From Candidatus Saccharimonadota bacterium (lineage in GTDB: Bacteria; Patescibacteriota; Saccharimonadia; Saccharimonadales; CAIOMD01): 64,000 nucleotides of DNA. The notes under the pieces were generated by a model. It was not told where the DNA came from. It saw only the letters and a list, made by a program, of their open reading frames with translations, and searched no databases. The stretch lies in assembly GCA_031973215.1 (NCBI GenBank), contig DALYDK010000002.1, positions 63,276 to 127,275 of the forward strand. Reading direction: 5' to 3'. Shown piece by piece: positions 55,233 to 64,000 of the stretch (the first letter of the stretch is position 1; each line of letters opens with the position of its first letter). Both the position numbers and the translations under genes were made by a program.

Positions 55233-56516
55233 TTAACTAATATCTGGAAACTGATTGCGCTTTATGTTTAACCAAGATTCTGATTGTCTGACCAGTTTAT
55301 AAGAGTCTTCGGGATTCGCAAGAAGTGTTTTTATTGCTTCTTCTGCGTAAACTTTATTTTGCGAGCCTTTTACTAATACAACGCTGTTTGTAATAAGGTT
55401 TTTCAGTGCTATTTCTCCTGCTTCGACAGGGCTATTGGCTGTAACTACTTTACAGCTTCCTTCTTGTGCTGCTTCGGCTAAGAATTTGTTTGCATCTGGA
55501 CCGATAGTTATAACTAAGTCTAGTTTTTTGGGGTCACAATAACTACCCACTAACTCATGAGCTTCTTGTGAATAATCACCGAGTTCATTCATGTTTCCCA
55601 GAATAGCTATTTTTTTAGTTCCATGTACTTCGTAAAGGGCATCCAAGGCCGCGATAGTGGCTTCTGGGCTTGCGTTATAAGAGTCGTCAATTATTAAACT
55701 GTCCTGCTTGCCCATTAGTGTGTTCATTCTTCCGGCAGGATTTGTTATTTCGCTTATTGCGCTGTTTATTTCATCAATAGATATCCCAAGCTTATTAGCA
55801 ATTATGGCTCCAGCCGACAGCGCATCCAGGCTATGCTCGGCTATCATTTGAGTATCAGATGAAGCAATTATAGATTTATTTTGTATTAATTCAAGCTCAT
55901 ATCTACCTTGTTTGGTCGTTTTATTTTGTATAAAATCAGATGAATTTTTCTCTCCATAGCTTTCGTATGTAGCTTTTTTATTGCCGTATTTTTCTATGTA
56001 TCGCTCTTTAACTGTATTGGAATTAAAAATGATATTTTTGCTGAAATAAGTAGCTTTTAGCTCTTCTTTTGCAACAGTTTCAATATCATAAAGATTTTCC
56101 ATATGCTCTGGAGCAATTGCCGAAACTACGACAAAATCAGCACTAGGAAAGACTTTAAATTCATCCATCTCGCCTACATGGTCTATGCTGTATTCAAAAA
56201 CAACAACATCATAGTTGAAGTCATTTTTTAGAATTTTCTGGCCTTTTCTATAAGCTCTTATCCAGCCAGGTATACTAAACAAACTAGGCAATCTTTGCCC
56301 GGTAAGTACAAAAGGAACGCTTAGCGGAACATTATAGTTACCTTCTTCAACCTGAACTCTGAATTTTTTTGCTAAAATTTTAGCAATTGCTAGCTTGGTG
56401 CTTGTTTTGCCGATACTACCAACAACTACTATTATTTTTGGGTTATATTTAGTTAATATTTTATTAGTTTGACTAACAAATATTTTAGTTAATAATAATT
56501 TGAATGCTTTTTTCAA
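55233..56516 (-). CDS. murF: Mur ligase family, UDP-MurNAc-tripeptide--D-Ala-D-Ala ligase-like
   Basis: 427 aa. P-loop VVGSIGKTSTK, DDSYNASPEA, ILGNMNELG. The N-terminal domain looks short. Confidence 0.7.
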   Translation of the reverse strand: MKKAFKLLLTKIFVSQTNKILTKYNPKIIVVVGSIGKTSTKLAIAKILAKKFRVQVEEGNYNVPLSVPFVLTGQRLPSLFSIPGWIRAYRKGQKILKNDFNYDVVVFEYSIDHVGEMDEFKVFPSADFVVVSAIAPEHMENLYDIETVAKEELKATYFSKNIIFNSNTVKERYIEKYGNKKATYESYGEKNSSDFIQNKTTKQGRYELELIQNKSIIASSDTQMIAEHSLDALSAGAIIANKLGISIDEINSAISEITNPAGRMNTLMGKQDSLIIDDSYNASPEATIAALDALYEVHGTKKIAILGNMNELGDYSQEAHELVGSYCDPKKLDLVITIGPDANKFLAEAAQEGSCKVVTANSPVEAGEIALKNLITNSVVLVKGSQNKVYAEEAIKTLLANPEDSYKLVRQSESWLNIKRNQFPDIS

Positions 56517-56531
56517 ACTATTCTTCCAAAA

Positions 56532-57419
56532 TTACTGGCTACTTAAACCTTCTTGAAGTTCGTTAACCGAAATACCAACTTTTGGTACGGTAGGCGGAAC
56601 AATATATTGAGTCTTAGTGTAATACTCTTCTGCGGTTGCTCCACCTTCGGAATTTTCGGCTTTTATTATGGTTTTGGTAGTTGGGTCAACAAATAGTGTA
56701 ATTGGTAAGTATGAATCTTGTCTGGGTGCGCTTAATTTAGAAGCAGCCTCTTTCATTCCAACCGACTCTAAATATTTTTGAAAAATTGGAATATAAGTTT
56801 TTAGGTTTATTTTTGCAGTATATTTATATACCTTCTGACCGTTAACTGTAACATTTGTGTCGACCTTTTCAATTTTAAAAGATCCTGTATCAATAATCTG
56901 TTGCATTAAGTCTTTTCTGACCTTAGCGTTTGATACTCCAGAAATTACAGGGCTTCCAAAAACTGCGTTATCCAGAAACTGGGCCGATTGTTCTTCGGTA
57001 CCTTGGTTAGATGCCCATTTGCCTAAAATTTTACTGTCTGACTTATTACCGTTTGTTTCTAGGGAAACATACCTAATGTAGTCTGCGTCTTTTGTGCCTA
57101 CGCCTTCTGTTTCTACGCTACTTTTTTGGCCGTTAGCCGTGTTAGAGATTTTAACTACATCTCTACTAACCGGACCGTTTTCTCCACCAAACTGAACTTG
57201 AGTTACCTGAGACTGAACCGTTTTTCCCTGTTCAATAACTTTGCTTCTATATATTGAATCAGATTGCATTTGGTTGCTGAGTGCTTCATTAAATATCTGC
57301 TCTGATGAAGCTGGCTTAACATTATTCAGCAGAATAAATAACCCTGAACCAAATATTATTGTTGCTAAAAAAATTGGCCAAAAAGGCCCTTTAAAAATAT
57401 TATTTCGTTTTACCCTCAT
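56532..57419 (-). CDS. Hypothetical membrane-anchored extracytoplasmic protein
   Basis: 295 aa. N-terminal TM (WPIFLATIIFGSGLFILL), remainder hydrophilic. No family recognised. Confidence 0.5.
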   Translation of the reverse strand: MRVKRNNIFKGPFWPIFLATIIFGSGLFILLNNVKPASSEQIFNEALSNQMQSDSIYRSKVIEQGKTVQSQVTQVQFGGENGPVSRDVVKISNTANGQKSSVETEGVGTKDADYIRYVSLETNGNKSDSKILGKWASNQGTEEQSAQFLDNAVFGSPVISGVSNAKVRKDLMQQIIDTGSFKIEKVDTNVTVNGQKVYKYTAKINLKTYIPIFQKYLESVGMKEAASKLSAPRQDSYLPITLFVDPTTKTIIKAENSEGGATAEEYYTKTQYIVPPTVPKVGISVNELQEGLSSQ

Positions 57420-57471
57420 ATACTATATTTTATTACTTAATAAGCTAAATTCCTAATCAAAGGTCAAAATG

Positions 57472-57548
57472 TGGTGGAGCATAGGAGACTCGAACTCCTG
57501 ACCTCTTCGCTGCCAGCGAAGCGCTCTAGCCAACTGAGCTAATGCCCC
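57472..57548 (-). tRNA. tRNA-Ala (anticodon GGC), CCA encoded
   Basis: Reverse complement: GGGGCAT TA GCTC AGTTGGCTA GAGC G CTTCG CTGGCAG CGAAG AGGTC AGGAG TTCGAGT CTCCT ATGCTCC A CCA. The G3:U70 alanine identity pair is present. Confidence 0.9.
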
Positions 57549-57647
57549 AAAACAGGTTATTTAATAATTATGGCCTAGATTTAATCTAAGAACCAATAAC
57601 TGGCATGCGTAATTATATCAAAGACTTTCTGCTTAAAATAGAATTAG

Positions 57648-61686
<4,039 letters not shown>

Positions 61687-61690
<4 letters not shown>

Positions 61691-62577
61691 ACTTTTCCGC
61701 CCATTTCTTTAAGGCGCTTAATTCTGTCTTCTATTGGAGGATGCGTGCTAAATAAGTTCATTAAAGAACTGCCCTTGAGCGGGTTGGCAAAAAATAAATG
61801 TGCCGTTGAGGCGCTCTGTTTTTGCATGACAGATCCGTGTTCACTAATTTTTTGTAGAGCGCTAGCTAAGCCATCAGGATATCTTGTTGTTAATGCACCA
61901 GTTGCATCGGCTAAATATTCTCTTTTTCTAGAAATCGATAGCTGAATCATGGTTGCCACAATAGGAGCAATAACAAGCGCTACAATACCAATAATTAAAA
62001 ATATAGGATTATTACCCGCTGGCGAATCATCGTCATCTCCAACGCCTCCCCAGAAAAGTGATCTTAAAATAATATCGCTTATCATAGACACAGCCGCTAC
62101 CAAACCAAAGGCAATCATAGAAACTCTAATATCATAGTTTTTGATATGTCCGAGTTCGTGGGCCAAAACCCCTTCTAACTCAGTGTCTGTCATAATTTCT
62201 AGTATCCCCGTAGTAACGGCAACTGCCGAATGTTTAGGGTCACGACCAGTTGCAAATGCGTTAGGAGCAGGATCGTCAATTATATATACTCTGGGCATTG
62301 GTAGGCCGTCTGTTATAGATAGGTTTTCGACAATCCTAAAAAGCCTTGGGTTGTCTTTTTTTTCTATTTGATTGGCTTTGTTAATGCTTAGAGCAAGCTT
62401 GTCAGATGCAAAATATGACCAAAGTACATATCCGAAAGAAAACACTAAAGCAAAAATTGTTATGAACCAATCTTGGAAATAATAACCAACACCGTAAGCA
62501 ATTGCGCCCACCAGCACAAAAAATCCAAACATAAGTAACACAGTTTTTCGCTTATTAGCATCTATTTCTGAATACAT
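61687..62577 (-). CDS. htpX: Zinc metalloprotease HtpX (M48)
   Basis: HELGHIKNYD (HExxH), N-terminal TM pair, EYLADATGA, THPPIEDRI. Confidence 0.92.
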
Positions 62578-62585
62578 GTAGCCTA

Positions 62586-63149
62586 CTAGAATTTAACTTC
62601 AACTGGGTTTTGAACTGCCTGCTCCTCAGCATCATTTAGTTCAAAAAATTCTTTTTCTTTAAATCCAAGCATTCCTGCAAAAACATTGTTGGGAAATACT
62701 TTTATTTTTGTGTTTAATTCTCTGACAGATCCATTATAAAATCGTCGTGAAGCTTGAATTTTATCTTCTGTATCGACAAGTTCTTCTTGTAGATGCTTAA
62801 AGTTTTCATTCGCCTTTAAGTCTGGGTAAGCTTCTGCTACGGCAAATACACTCTTAAGCGCATCTGTTAGCATGTTTTCTGCTTTGGCTGATTCTGCCGG
62901 GCTTTGAGCATTAATTGCATTAGCCCTAGCTTCTGTGACTTTTTCGAATACGCCACTTTCATGCTTTGCGTAGCCTTGGACAGTATTTACCAAATTAGGA
63001 ATTAAATCATACCTTCTTTTTAGCTGGACTGTTATATCACTCCAAGCTTCATCTACTCTTATTTTTAACTTTACTAAACTGTTATAAGTAACAATTAGAA
63101 ATAGCGCCCCAAAGACTACTACCCCTAAAACAATCCATAGTGCAATCAT
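62586..63149 (-). CDS. lemA: LemA family protein
   Basis: N-terminal TM. YNSLVKLKIRVDEAWSDITVQLKRRYDLIPNLV, RRFYNGSVRELNTKI. Confidence 0.9.
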   Translation of the reverse strand: MIALWIVLGVVVFGALFLIVTYNSLVKLKIRVDEAWSDITVQLKRRYDLIPNLVNTVQGYAKHESGVFEKVTEARANAINAQSPAESAKAENMLTDALKSVFAVAEAYPDLKANENFKHLQEELVDTEDKIQASRRFYNGSVRELNTKIKVFPNNVFAGMLGFKEKEFFELNDAEEQAVQNPVEVKF

Positions 63150-63262
63150 TACATCTCCTTTATTGTTGCTAACAACTAGTATACTGATTTTTAACTAAGC
63201 ATTAAAGTCATTTTTACTTGAATTATATTCTATAATTGAATATAATTTTACAAGTTAAATAT

Positions 63263-63339
63263 GCGGGTGTAGCTCAGTTGTTTAGAGCGCGTCCTTGCCA
63301 AGGACGAGGTCCAGGGTTAGAGTCCCTGTACCCGCACCA
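63263..63339 (+). tRNA. tRNA-Gly (anticodon GCC), CCA encoded; atypical D-loop and T-loop
   Basis: GCGGGTG TA GCTC AGTTGTTTA GAGC G CGTCC TTGCCAA GGACG AGGTC CAGGG TTAGAGT CCCTG TACCCGC A CCA. Confidence 0.85.
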
Positions 63340-63350
63340 GAATATGAAAT

Positions 63351-63376
63351 CCTCGCAAGTCGTGCGAGGTTTTTTT
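63351..63376 (+). terminator. Intrinsic terminator after tRNA-Gly
   Basis: CCTCGCA-agtcg-TGCGAGG followed by TTTTTTT. Confidence 0.8.
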
Positions 63377-63381
63377 AATAA

Positions 63382-63957
63382 TTACTTCAGTCTGGCTATA
63401 AGCGGTAATGCATTTAACCTGTTTCTTCTAGCTTGCCCAATTCCAGCCATATAATATTGTTCTGTAAATTTACTTATAGCCCTTAAGACGCTGTCCGCTT
63501 TGACAATTAAAGGACCTGAGCCCCAGGCCTCTCCACTTCCGCCATAACATGCACTTACTACAACTTCTTCATCTAGTTGAAAAATCACCACGCCATCGTT
63601 CCAAACAATATTATCAAATTTAGATTGATGTACGAAGCTATCGCCATGACCTTTAATTAAGTCATTGTACTGATGAGGTTCAATATACTCGTAGCCATCT
63701 ATTTCACGCTGTAAATATGTAGCGATAGCGCGCCCTAAGGCAAGTTCTGCTTCACTATCTACCCCAAATCCTAATAATGGCGCGTCGTCACTATATTCTG
63801 TTGAGGCTAAAATTTTAAAAACCCTCTCGTTTGCAGTAGAAGAATAACCATGAAAAGAATGTCCTCTTGGTAATATTTGTTCAACAAGACTTATGGGGTT
63901 AAATTCTGTGATTTCATTTTTACTTGAGTAATTGTCGTAGCTTACTTCACTGCTCAT
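63382..63957 (-). CDS. Hypothetical protein
   Basis: 191-aa ORF, soluble-looking. No recognisable motif. Confidence 0.45.
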   Translation of the reverse strand: MSSEVSYDNYSSKNEITEFNPISLVEQILPRGHSFHGYSSTANERVFKILASTEYSDDAPLLGFGVDSEAELALGRAIATYLQREIDGYEYIEPHQYNDLIKGHGDSFVHQSKFDNIVWNDGVVIFQLDEEVVVSACYGGSGEAWGSGPLIVKADSVLRAISKFTEQYYMAGIGQARRNRLNALPLIARLK

Positions 63958-64000
63958 ATAAGATAATATATTCTGCTGTTATGCAAAATAATGCAAGCAT

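Overview
This is an AT-rich, very gene-dense chromosomal window with about 70 protein genes, 3 tRNAs and 1 riboswitch. I saw no rRNA, CRISPR array, transposase or integrase. The standard genetic code applies: TGA acts as a stop, for example at the pheS/pheT ATGA junction. The gene content includes an LPXTG sortase substrate, murF, many small membrane proteins, trimmed operons and frequently overlapping gene ends. This fits a small-genome Patescibacteria/CPR organism, possibly Saccharibacteria-like, but that is inference only. Most genes are housekeeping: trxB plus a glutaredoxin-like gene, FKBP, RND and ABC exporters, rarA, a ClpC-like chaperone, a photolyase, an NRAMP transporter, a Fur-family regulator, a SAM-I riboswitch with metK, a DsbB-like protein, two AI-2E permeases, rmuC, yajQ, pheST, crtE-crtI-crtB, sodN-sodX, trmD, rpsP, rnc, nusB, leuS, murF, ligA, htpX, lemA, and an rpmF that the ORF track missed. 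The most unusual feature is a roughly 0.65 kb GC-enriched, hairpin-packed intergenic block (7321-7945). It ends, on the minus strand, in an intrinsic terminator only about 30 nt before the ABC/RND exporter genes. I could not match it from memory to RNase P, tmRNA, SRP, 6S or intron signatures, so I report it as a candidate large structured RNA of unknown class; its orientation is unresolved and it needs a covariance-model search. The second point of interest is the tRNA-Gln locus (9815-10868). It carries a Gln-like pseudo-tRNA, repeated tRNA 3'-end fragments whose acceptor halves are complementary across about 0.9 kb, and one enclosed orphan ORF with an Rx6H (HEPN-like) motif. Other observations are a Fur-type palindrome, a light/oxygen gene set (carotenoid genes, photolyase, NiSOD), a McsA-like zinc-finger fused to ClpC, seven convergent gene pairs with overlapping 3' ends, and a tRNA-Gly with an apparent 19:56 covariation. 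All calls come from reading the sequence and translations by eye. No database search or folding program was run.
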